DNA from: Octopus sinensis
Taxonomy: Eukaryota
Assembly: GCF_006345805.1 (NCBI RefSeq)
Contig: NW_021832355.1
Location: 1-32,139 of the forward strand
Length of the DNA: 32,139 nt
Direction: 5' to 3'
Positions 19,294-29,530 of this stretch are shown in pieces. Below the pieces are notes generated by a model. That model did no database searches, was not told the DNA's origin, and saw only the letters and a list, made by a program, of their open reading frames with translations. Made by a program: the position numbers and the translations under genes. The stretch's first letter is position 1. Every line of letters starts with the position of its first letter.

Positions 19294-19458
19294 CGACGGG
19301 CTTCTTTCAGTTTCCGTCTACCAAATCCACTCACAAGGCTTTAGTCGGCCCACGGCTATAGTAGAAGACACTTGACCAAGGTGCCACTCAGTGGGAATGA
19401 ACCCAGAACCATGTGGTTGGTAAGCAAGCTACTTACCACACAGCCACCCCTTCGCCTA
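19037..19458 (-). mobile_element. SINE-A full length
   Basis: Family head at the right end, (CA)n(TA)n centre, ACTCTTTT-repeat tail at the left. Confidence 0.92.
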
Positions 19459-19486
19459 TGGCAATTCATGAAAAATATGGATGTAT

Positions 19487-19610
19487 ATAAATATTCTTTT
19501 CTACTCTAGGCATAAGGCTCGAAATTTTGTGGGAGGGGGCCAGTCGATTAGATCGACCCCAGTATGCAGCTGGTACTGAATTTATCGACCCCGAAAGGAT
19601 GAAAGACAAA
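19487..19610 (-). mobile_element. SINE-B 3' fragment
   Basis: AATATTCTTTTCTACTCTAGGCATAAGGC...ATCGACCCCGAAAGGATGAAAG. Confidence 0.8.
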
Positions 19611-19764
19611 TATATCTACCCATTCTTACTGAAACAGTATATTTGAATTAATTGCCAGATTGTAGTGGAGTACCTGGGCTGTTTAACAGTTGCAAAATAT
19701 AAAGGAATGTCCATAAATCCCGCCAGAGTTTAGTGTCAAGACTACACTAACACATTCCAATCTA

Positions 19765-21115
19765 TTCTTTTATTCTTTTACTTGTTCAGACATTTGACTG
19801 TGGCCATACTGGAGTACCGCGTGTATGGTGAAGTGTCGGAACTCTTCGAAATACGGTCTGGCGTTCGGCAGGGATGTGTTCTTTCGTCAACTCTTTTCAA
19901 TTACGCCATCGACTGGATCACCACAAATGCATTAAGGGAGTTCCCCGGTATCACTGTTGGTCACAACTTTTCCGTCAAGGATCTAGACTACGCAGATGGC
20001 AATGCGATACTTGGCGAAATATTTGCTGACGTCCAGTTTCCTATCAATGAGCTCCAGCGTGTTGCATCACAGATTGGTATGACAGTCAATGCCTCGAAGA
20101 CCAAAATCCTCACAGCCGGCTTCGCCCCACCAGACAAAACACCCATTGTCCTCAATGGTGATATTCTTGAAGAGGTTGAGAGTTTCAAATACCTTGGCAC
20201 CATCATTACAGCTACAGGTCAAGGTGAGGCTGACATTAAAACACGAATCGTCCTCGCTCGCCAAGCCTTCAACCGAATCAATGCAGGACTCTGGTCAAAA
20301 TCTGAGATCCGACGCACTACCAAAGTACGGATCTACCAATCACTAGTGCGAACGATTCTCCTTTACGGCAGCGAATTATGGCCAATGAGGGTGGAAGATA
20401 TTAAGCGACTAGAATCCTTCGATCACCTTTGTCTATGCCGCATCCTTCGTATCCGATGTCATCACTTTGTCTCCAACAATTCGGTGCGACACCAGTGCAG
20501 AATCACCTCCCTCTGACAAGTCATCCTAACGAGACGTCTGCGTTGGCTGGGTCATGCCCTCCGTCGTCAACCAGGAGAATTAATCTACGAAGCAACAGCC
20601 TCAGCTCCCCTTCAGGGTTGGCGAGGGCGATGTGGTGGACAACGAAAAACCTAGCTGATGACAGTCAAGGCTGATCTGGAACCCAATCTAGGCCTCCATA
20701 TCTACGGCGTTCGCCGCTGGAATAAGGGGTGGTTGGAGATCACGCGGTCGCTAGCCTCAAATCGCCAGGCCTGGTCGGCATTTGTGAGAGATGCAGCACT
20801 GAGGATGAATGAAGCCAGCTCGACCCACCCCGGGTGAATGCTGTCTCAAGTCAAGTCAAGTCAAGTACCACCTTAAAGGGTTTTAGTCGAACAAATCGAC
20901 CCCAGGACTTATTCTTTGTCAGCCTAGTGCTTATTATATCGGTCTCTTTTGTCGACCCGCTAGATTACGGGGACATAAACACACCAGCATCGTTTGTCAA
21001 GCAATTGTGGGGTACAAACACAGACACAAAGACACACACATAGGCATATACATACATACATACATACATACATACATACATACATACATACATACATACA
21101 TACATACATACATAC
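19765..21115 (-). mobile_element. SINE-A 3' half split by the RTE insertion (19765-19820 and 20864-21115)
   Basis: The left piece ...TTTGACTGTGGCCATACTGGAGTACCGC resumes after the RTE as AGTACCAC...TTTAGTCGAACAAATCGACCCCAGG; it ends in (CATA)n at 21048-21115. Confidence 0.85.
19821..20866 (+). mobile_element. RTE-clade LINE, 5'-truncated, (CAAGT)4 tail
   Basis: GVRQGCVLS, DLDYADG (YADD mutated), FKYLG, KVRIY..LVRTILLYGSE.W, RRLRWLGH..R. The single frame continues through two premature stops (20514-20516 and ~20652) to TGA at 20835-20837. TSD AGTACC(G/A)C at 19813-19820 and 20864-20871. Confidence 0.93.
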
Positions 21116-22120
21116 AACCTTAGGCACCCGGTGCCTATGGTTGGTTTACAGTGCATATGGGTTTTTCACATAGTGTGTCTTTACACGCCGTGGCTTTCTT
21201 AGACTTTCTGTTGCCTCATGGTTGTTTTGCGAACAGAATTTGTATGGTTTCCTCCGAACATAGATTACAGGGTTCCCGATTACCCATGTAAGACATTGCA
21301 CTTATAATAATATATTGCAGGTTCAGTGGTATATTAGTTTTGCTCAGCTGCGAAACATAACTAAATAAAGTCGTAACAGTTTTCTTGGTTGATTTCCTAA
21401 ATGTATGAACACGCGTTTTGGTATGAAAATATGTAGTAACTGGTGGCTAAACTAAAATGCAAATTGTGGGACTTAGTTCTAACAGTAAATTTGCAATGTT
21501 CCTTTCTAGACATACGAAGTCTCGGGGGTAATTACTGGAGTTGATGCAGTTACCATTATTTTTAATATTAGTATTATTGTTACTTTTTTTTGTACTCATA
21601 CAACTTAACAGGATTAGAAGAAACAATATTTGGATCTAAAGTAAGTGTAGTAGAATATGAAAGTTTCAATGTATCTCTATTAAATATTGTATAGCAGCAT
21701 TGTTGTGGAGTGAAGTGTCTACGAAATAGATAAGAGTATGATGAGTATAGAAGTAATTTGTAAGTTATGTCGGGGATAATACGATGAAATGTATCTAGAT
21801 CTGTCCCTACTACTCGTCATTCATTTAATGCACAGAAGATAGGAAATTATAATGGTAAATCCACTGCAAGATTAATCATTATTTTAATACATAAATGAGA
21901 TCGTTGAATATCTCATCACTCACTGATATACTAGAAATCTATAGAGATGTATTTTCCCACAAAATGCGTGGTAGATCTTGTATGGTTAGATCCGTTATTG
22001 TTGTATGTAGCGATTCAACTAGGCTTCTTTTATAGGTGAAAAGAATCAGTTACCTAAGTTTAACGAGACATGCAAAGAAGATGAATATTCTAAGGTTTTG
22101 TTTCAAAATAATGTTTACGT

Positions 22121-22730
22121 GTAGGCGCAGGAGTGGCTGTGTGGTAAGTAGCTTGCTAACCAGCCACATGGTTCTGGGTTCAGTCCTATTGCGTGGCACC
22201 TTGGGCGAATGTCTTGTACTATAGCCTCGGGTCGACCAAATCCTTGTGAGTGGATATGGTAGATAAAAACTGAAAGACGCCCATCGTATATATATGTTAA
22301 GTTAAGTTAAGTTAATTTTTGGCTCAAAAAGCAAAAAGCAAGGCCATGTAGGGGGACATGGAGTTATGTACAGGGTGGTGTTCATGCAAAGAGTTCAGGC
22401 CATTTCCAGTCAAGGGAGACTTTGAACCGAGCGGTCGTCGGCATCTTCACTATCTCGTCCGGCAGCTTATTCCACGGATCCGCAACCCGGACGGAGAAAG
22501 CCCCTCTCCTTCGATTGGTGTGTGTGTGTGTGTGTGTCCGTGTTTGTCCCCCGCCATCGCTTGACAGCCGATGCTGGTGTGTTTACGTCCCCGTAACTTA
22601 GCGGTTCAGTAAAAGAGACCTATAGAATAAGTACCAGGCTTACAAAGAAATAGTCCTGGGGCCAACTTGCTCGACTAAAGGCGGAGCTCCAGCATGGCCT
22701 CAGTCAAATGACTGAAACAAGTAAAAGAAT
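22121..22730 (+). mobile_element. SINE-A full length, interrupted in its microsatellite by a CR1-like fragment
   Basis: 5' half 22121-22295, 3' half 22518-22730. Confidence 0.9.
22296..22517 (-). mobile_element. CR1/L2-like LINE 3' terminal fragment with (TTAAC)n tail
   Basis: Reverse complement translates NRRRGAFSVRVADPWNKLPDEIVKMPTTARFKVSLDWKWPELFA* (stop at 22382-22384), matching the CR1 C-terminus FS.RV...WN.LP..V......FK..LD; short UTR, then an AACTT repeat tail. Confidence 0.85.
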
Positions 22731-22782
22731 ATATGATTTTAAAGAATAACTGGAACGCTTTCCTAATTCTGTTTAATGTACG

Positions 22783-23168
22783 TGGTGGAAGCACTCCGTC
22801 GGTTACGACGACGAGGGTTCCGGTTGATCCGATCAACGGAACAGCCTGCTCGTGAAATTAACGTGTAAGTGGCTGAGCACTCCACAGACACGTGTACCCT
22901 TAACGTAGTTCTCGGGGATATTCAGCGTGACACAGAGAGTGACAAGGCCGGCCCCTTGAAGTACAGGTTCAACAGAAACAGGAAGTAAGAGTGAGAGAAA
23001 GTTGTGGTAAAAGAGTACAGCAGGGATCACCACCATCCCCTGCCGGAGCCTCGTGGAGCTTTTAGGTGTTTTCGTTCAATAAACACTCACAACGCCCGGT
23101 CTGAGAATCGAAACTGCGATCCTACGACCGCGAGTCTGATGCCCTAACCACTGGGCCATTGCGCCTCC
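22783..23168 (-). mobile_element. SINE-C (tRNA-like head), copy 1, with TSD
   Basis: Reverse-complement head GGAGGCGCAATGGCCCAGTGGTTAGGGC...GTTTCGATTC; TSD GT(T/C)TAATGTACG at 22771-22782 and 23169-23180. Confidence 0.9.
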
Positions 23169-23997
23169 GTCTAATGTACGAGGGATAACATCAATATGTA
23201 GAACTAATTCATCGCCTCGAAAACTTGCTCCAAATATCGTAAACTTATTTTTAAGTCATCGGAGTATGTGGAATCCACTCAGATCTGTAGCCACCGCCGA
23301 GTCAATTGTTCTCATGCTTGACATCAAAAGGGAGCACCGGATGACCTCTCAATCTAGACTAACTGTGCGAAGCTGACAACTGTTTTCTGGCCTGAAGGTT
23401 AAATCTAATTTTATGTTCTTTTATCCTAAAAAATCTTTTTAGCATCCATCGTAATTGTATCGAATGGGGGCAGGGCAATAGAAGAATAGCAATTACTAAT
23501 AAGAAACTACGGGAGTCTTTGGTTATTTCTAATTTTCTATGTTGCCGCACCAGCCGATCGCTTCTTGTAAGATTAATTGGGCCTGTTGTTAAATTTTCAA
23601 AGTATTTCCCCCCTTTTTTTTTTTTTTTTTCACAAATATTTCGTATTTAAGACCTTCTGGAGTTAATTAATCTAATTGTAAGATTTCTATTGAATTTAGT
23701 CTTCTGGTCCTTTAATAAGAAATGACCTTCTTAGTAGTCGAGAGTTCCTTACTATCTTGAATCCCTAAATCACTAGTTATTTATTTGTCCAATGTTTGTG
23801 AATCTCGTGTGCGTGTGCGGTGTATGCGCGTATGTGCGAATGTGTATGTGCGAATGTGTATGTGTGTAATATGTTTGTATCGATGTGTATGTGCTTGTGC
23901 ATGCTTGTGTGAATGTAGGTGTGTATTGTATATGGGTGCGTGTGTGTTGTGTGTGTGTGTGTTCATGTATGACCTGTGTATTAATAATTTTTTTTTA

Positions 23998-24377
23998 GAA
24001 GCACTCCGTCGGTTACGACGACGAGGGTTCCGGTTGATCAACGGAACAGCCTGCTCGTGAAATTAACGTCTAAGTGGCTGAGCACTCCACAGACACGTGT
24101 ACCCTTACGTATTTCTCGGGGATATTCAGCGTGACACAGAGAGTGACAAGGCCGGCCCCTTGAAGTACAGGTTCAACAGAAACAGGAAGTAAGAGTGAGA
24201 GAAAGTTGTGGTAAAAGAGTACCAGCAGGATCACCACCATCCCCTGCCGGAGCCTCGTGGAGCTTTTAGCTTTAGTGTTTTCGTTCAATAAACACTCACA
24301 ACGCCCGGTCTGAGAATCGAAACTGCGATCCTACGACCGCGAGTCTGATGCCCTAACCACTGGGCCATTGCGCCTCC
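23998..24377 (-). mobile_element. SINE-C copy 2 (chimera of copies 3 and 1)
   Basis: Diagnostic sites switch from copy-3 type to copy-1 type between 24070 and 24108. Confidence 0.85.
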
Positions 24378-24985
24378 GTCTAATGTACGAGGGATAACAT
24401 CAATATGTAGAACTAATTCATCGCCTCGAAAACTTGCTCCAAATATCGTAAACTTATTTTTAAGTCATCGGAGTATGTGGAATCCACTCAGATCTGTAGC
24501 CACCGCCGAGTCAATTGTTCTCATGCTTGACATCAAAAGGGAGCACCGGATGACCTCTCAATCTAGACTAACTGTGCGAAGCTGACAACTGTTTTCTGGC
24601 CTGAAGGTTAAATCTAATTTTATGTTCTTTTATCCTAAAAAATCTTTTTAGCATCCATCGTAATTGTATCGAATGGGGGCAGGGCAATAGAAGAATAGCA
24701 ATTACTAATAAGAAACTACGGGAGTCTTTGGTTATTTCTAATTTTCTATGTTGCCGCACCAGCCGATCGCTTCTTGTAAGATTAATTGGGCCTGTTGTTA
24801 AATTTTCAAAGTATTTCCCCCCTTTTTTTTTTTTTTTTTTTCACAAATATTTCGTATTTAAGACCTTCTGGAGTTAATTAATCTAATTGTAAGATTTCTA
24901 TTGAATTTAGTCTTCTGGTCCTTTAATAAGAAATGACCTTCTTAGTAGTCGAGAGTTCCTTACTATCTTGAATCCCTAAATCACT
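24378..24985 (-). pseudogene. Duplicated RT segment of the PLE fossil
   Basis: Same sequence as 23169-23775. Confidence 0.75.
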
Positions 24986-25212
24986 AGTTATTTATTTGTC
25001 CAATGTTTGTGAATCTCGGTGTGCGTGTGCGTGTGTATGCGCGTATGTGCGAATGTGTATGTGCGAATGTGTATGTGTGTAATATGTTTGTATCGATGTG
25101 TATGTGCTTGTGCATGCTTGTGTGAATGTAGGTGTGTATGTGTATATGGGTGCGTGTGTTGTGTGTGTGTGTGTGTTCATGTATGACCTGTGTATCATTA
25201 AATATTTTTTTA

Positions 25213-25587
25213 GAAGCACTCCGTCGGTTACGACGACGAGGGTTCCGGTTGATCAACGGAACAGCCTGCTCGTGAAATTAACGTCTAAGTGGCTGAGCAC
25301 TCCACAGACACGTGTACCCTTAATGTAGTTCTCGGGGATATTCAGCGTGACACAGAGAGTGACAAGGCCGGCCCTTTGAAATACGGGTACAACAGAAACA
25401 GGAAGAAAGAGTGAAAGAAAGGTGTGGTGAAAGAGTACAGCAGGGATCACCACCATCCCCTGCCGGAGCCTCGTGGAGCTTTAGGTGTTTTCGCTCAATA
25501 AACACTCACAACGCCCGGTCTGGGAATCGAAACCGTGATCCTATGACCGTGAGTCCGCTGCCCTAACCACTGGGCCATTGCGCCTCC
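25213..25587 (-). mobile_element. SINE-C copy 3 (independent insertion)
   Basis: Differs from copy 1 at many positions and has a different right flank. Confidence 0.9.
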
Positions 25588-25909
25588 ACCCCATTGAATA
25601 TATACATATATGGGGAGAGAGAGAAGAGAAAAGACGAGAAGAGAATAGAGTGGAATAGAGATCATAAATCATGCATTCTTTCTGGACCAATACAAACAGT
25701 AAGATATAAAAGTTTACGTGATTATATACATACATACAGGATCTTGCAGATTTTAATGTCCATAAAACAGCTTTTCTCTCTAAAGACCAATCAAATATCC
25801 CAAATGTTGTAATCAGTACTAAAGCTGCAAAGGGATGTAGAATATTGTCCTTGTATTCTTTGGTTACCCTTTATACACTGCACTTTTGAATGACGGATTT
25901 TCATCAAAA

Positions 25910-26215
25910 CGTAGCATTCGATGTGATACATTTGATGCAAAGTTTATATAGATTTGGATGTCGCCACCCGTCACACGAAGGAGAGAAGAATAAATAAACA
26001 CAGGGACCTGACCGGCCGCTGTCAGTTTGTGCCGGTCGCCGTTGAGACGTCAGGTGTTCTAGGACCTCGTACTAGCGATTTCCCCAGCAAAAATAGGGAT
26101 AACGGCGGCCCTTCAGAAAAAAACACACTTGGTGGAATGGCTGCTGCAACAAGTGTGGTTGCCCATTCTCTGTGACAACGCCATCATGATCATTACCACG
26201 GGACGCGGCTGAACA
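25910..26215 (+). pseudogene. CRE-like (RLE-type) non-LTR element, 3' coding remnant
   Basis: ATRHTKERRINKHRDLTGRCQFVPVAVETSGVLGP, then after a frameshift WLLQQVWLPILCDNAIMI; this resembles the K..KY......F.P.AVET.G..G...L.QR.S.AIQRGNA C-terminus of CRE-type elements. Confidence 0.55.
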
Positions 26216-26559
26216 CACCGTTTATTCTAAGGTATGCGACCCATCGCCGCCTTCCCTCCACTTTCACCCCTCTACTCCTCCTCCCATCTTTTTTTTCCTT
26301 TTCTTTTCTTTTTTCTCTCCTGTTTCTGTGTATTTAAATGTCTTGATAAAATAAGCTGTTTAGTTTTTCCTTGTTTATTATGAACATTTCTTGTGGTAAA
26401 AGTTCAACAGATATGTTGACCATTTTCACCAGATACATTGACCATTTTCTCGATTACAAAAACGCTACGGGTTACATTGTTGTCTCTTGCTGTTGTAAAC
26501 CCGAGCAGATACTAACGTGTTTTCGAATGTATATACATATATATGTACATGAAGAAACA

Positions 26560-26815
26560 TGGCCTAACATTCAGGGTGTTGTTACACGCGAGATCGTGCT
26601 TTCAATTCCTGGATCACGTGGTGTATTGTATTCTTGAGCAAAACACTTCATCTCACATTGCCCTGTGATCACTTTGACACCTGACGTGTGGTACACTGGG
26701 CACCTGTACAGGCAACGTTGATTTGGTAGAGTGAGTTAACACTTAGCACAAGCATTTGATCACTACAAACAAATCCTTTGTGCAGGTTTGTTCAACAAGA
26801 AATTGCAGAACCGTC
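26560..26815 (+). mobile_element. Degenerate SINE with tRNA head and CORE-like segment
   Basis: CATGGCCTAAC...TTCAATTCCTGG...TGTATTCTTGAGCAAAACACTTCATCTCACATTGC. Confidence 0.55.
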
Positions 26816-26842
26816 TTTTTCGGACTAGAGACTACCAATATA

Positions 26843-27063
26843 TTCTTTCTTTTATTCTTTTATTTGTTTCAGTCATTTGACTGCGGCCATGCTCCTTGTA
26901 CTTATTCTATCGGTCTCCCTTGCCGAACCCCTAAGTGACATAAACACACCACCATCGGTTGTTAAGCGATGTTGGGGGGGATTAATACAGACACACAAAC
27001 ACACACACGCACACACACACATACATACAATACATACATACATACAATACATACATACATACA

Positions 27064-27099
<36 letters not shown>

Positions 27100-27129
27100 T
27101 ATACTATATATACAAATATATAGTATATA

Positions 27130-27163
<34 letters not shown>

Positions 27164-27351
27164 CATATATATATATATATATATATACATATATAAATAC
27201 GACGGGCTTCTTTTAGTTTCCGTCTACCAAATCAACTCACAAGGCTTTGGCCGGCCCGAGACAACAGTAGAAGACACTTGCCCAAGATGCCACGCAGTGG
27301 GACTGAACTCGGAACCATGTGGTTGGTAAGCAAGCTACTTACCACACAGCC
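26843..27351 (-). mobile_element. SINE-A with internal deletion and expanded (CATA)n/(TA)n centre
   Basis: Family head at 27200-27351, 3' half at 26843-26990. Confidence 0.88.
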
Positions 27352-27899
27352 GTGTGTGTGTGTGTGTGTGCGTGTATTTACATGTACATGTATGTGTGTT
27401 TTGACATATATGGCAGTATAATGTACGCTTAGGTCTTATACATTACGTTGAAACCGGAGCACGTACGCGGTTCTATGCGACATTTCTTATGTAGATTTCC
27501 CAGACTAAAATCTTGGACACATTACCAAATTCAGATCTTTCTATTCCACATTTCTTAGATTATGTGATTATGTATGTGATCAGGTCAATGAATTTTATAT
27601 GATTCAGTACATCCACCCACCTACCCACCTATCGAAAATATCTTCCCAATTTTACAGTGGAATGGTCTCTGTCTTCATAGATTATTCGAGAAGACGACAG
27701 TGGCAGCACCCGCTCTTGTTTATAAATTCCTGGAGAATATTGCAGAAGCTACTCCCAAATTGATTCTAATGGGTTGTCTTCGATATTTTTATAGATTTGA
27801 ATTACGTGTGGAGCCGATCGATACCAAACTAAGTTATAAATGCCATCTTCCAGTTATACTTGTATATTGTTGCTGTTGTTCTTCTTCTTCTTGTTTTGC

Positions 27900-28050
27900 A
27901 GTTGTTGTTGTTGTTGTTGCTGCCGCTGCTGCTGCTGCTGTTGTTCTTGGTTGCAATGGAGTTGGTAATGGAGCCTCAGGTCGTCTGTGATTGAGCAGAC
28001 CTATGTTCAAAGGAATTCAAGCAAGCCATAATTATCTAACATTTGTATGG
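27900..28050 (-). repeat. 3' end of the CAA-tailed repeat family plus (GTT/GCT)n
   Basis: Reverse complement CCTTTGAACATAGGTCTGCTCAATCACAGACGACCTGAGGC...(AAC)n. Confidence 0.45.
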
Positions 28051-28139
28051 GGGAGGGGTTAAATTGATACTTATAGATATCAAATTCCTTCTTACATAAG
28101 TATTCGTATACATATATACATAAACATATACACATCTGT

Positions 28140-28335
28140 GTGTGTATTCATATATAGATACACCACACACACACACACACACACACACATATGCATACCA
28201 ACGATTAATACGTCATATATGTGCGTGTATATTTGTATGTATAATTATATATATAAATTATATATATAATACTATATATATATATATATATATATATTGT
28301 GTGTGGTGTGTGGTGTGGTGTGGTGTGTATGTATG

Positions 28336-28368
<33 letters not shown>

Positions 28369-28390
28369 GTATATGATATATATATGTATG

Positions 28391-28465
<75 letters not shown>

Positions 28466-28690
28466 TATATTGGTGGGTTTTTTCATACGGAGGAAGCGAG
28501 ACATGCAATATATACCCGGATATATATAAATGATATATAAATGGGAGCAAGTAAATTTGATTGTAATATATATTTCATTTTTATGAGCGGTAGATAGAAA
28601 TAAGTGTACATACATGATATAAGTACCCGACATGAATTATATGGCTTTGATTTTTAAAATTGCAGGATCTAGTGCCAGAAATCGCCCCTG

Positions 28691-28722
<32 letters not shown>

Positions 28723-28938
28723 ACGCGCGCCTGTTTGCAGCTGTGTATGTCTTCATGTCTACGTATGTTACACGTGCACACATTCATCCAGAAACACACA
28801 TAGACTCAGACACACACACACACATTTATATATGCATGTCTTACTAATTGGATTGGTCTAAGGAAAATGTAGAAGTTTATGATCACTCTCTCTTGCTCCC
28901 TGTTTCTAACACCCTCTGATTTGGTCTTTCTTTCTTTG

Positions 28939-28970
<32 letters not shown>

Positions 28971-29045
28971 AATAATACATGAATTTTAATAATAAAGAAG
29001 TTTTACATGCGCAATTTATCACACTCATTCACATATACAATTTAT

Positions 29046-29089
<44 letters not shown>

Positions 29090-29466
29090 ATTCACACACA
29101 CACGTATACATTTTTGTATATATGTATATACATATAACATATACATACACAAATACACACACACATATACATACATATGTATATATAATATATACACACA
29201 CATATATACATATATATATATATAGTATATATACACACACAATTATACTCATGCATACTTTTATATATATATATATATATGTACACACACACGTATACAT
29301 TTTTGTATATATGTATATATATATATATATATATATAAATAACATATACATACACACATACACACCACAATACATATATATGTATATGTATATATATATT
29401 ATATATATATATATTATAATATATATAATAATAATATATATATAATACATATACAACACACACACG

Positions 29467-29504
<38 letters not shown>

Positions 29505-29530
29505 TATATATATATATATATATACATACG
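28140..29530. repeat. Long compound (TA)n/(CA)n/(TG)n low-complexity region
   Basis: Directly visible; generates the IYIY/HTHT ORFs. Confidence 0.95.

Larger units (their letters stand above)
21145..23785 (-). pseudogene. Ancient Penelope-like element fossil (RT + GIY-YIG), interrupted by SINE-A, CR1 and SINE-C
   Basis: Collinear motifs by frame-hopping: LLKDQKTKFNRNLTIRLINSRRS (~23720-23655), AIGWCGNIEN, LQARKQL, FDVSMRTIDSAVATDLSGFHIL...FRGDEL (23328-23204), LNRIRKAFQLFFK (22775-22737), ISSISVSDEIFN, IFNRDTLKLSYS (21687-21652), NCINSSNYPRDFVCLERNI, HTFRK..TTLFSYV..L, CNLCSEET (~21270-21247). These match remembered PLE consensus LKDHK.NF.N.P..RLINP, FDVTMGSYDGAE, YRDDGL, FNRNT.KLSYS, CNC....CPL.G.CL and CNLCL.EK. 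Confidence 0.75.
22788..25212. repeat. Tandem duplication, two ~1.21-kb units (22788-23997, 23998-25212)
   Basis: SINE-C, the PLE-fossil RT segment and a degenerate (TG)n tract are repeated nearly identically. Confidence 0.95.

Noticed and set aside
23100-23168. tRNA-like sequence (also 24309-24377, 25519-25587 and other SINE heads)
   Set aside because: The anticodon arm does not pair and the sequence continues into a SINE body; these are SINE heads, not tRNA genes.
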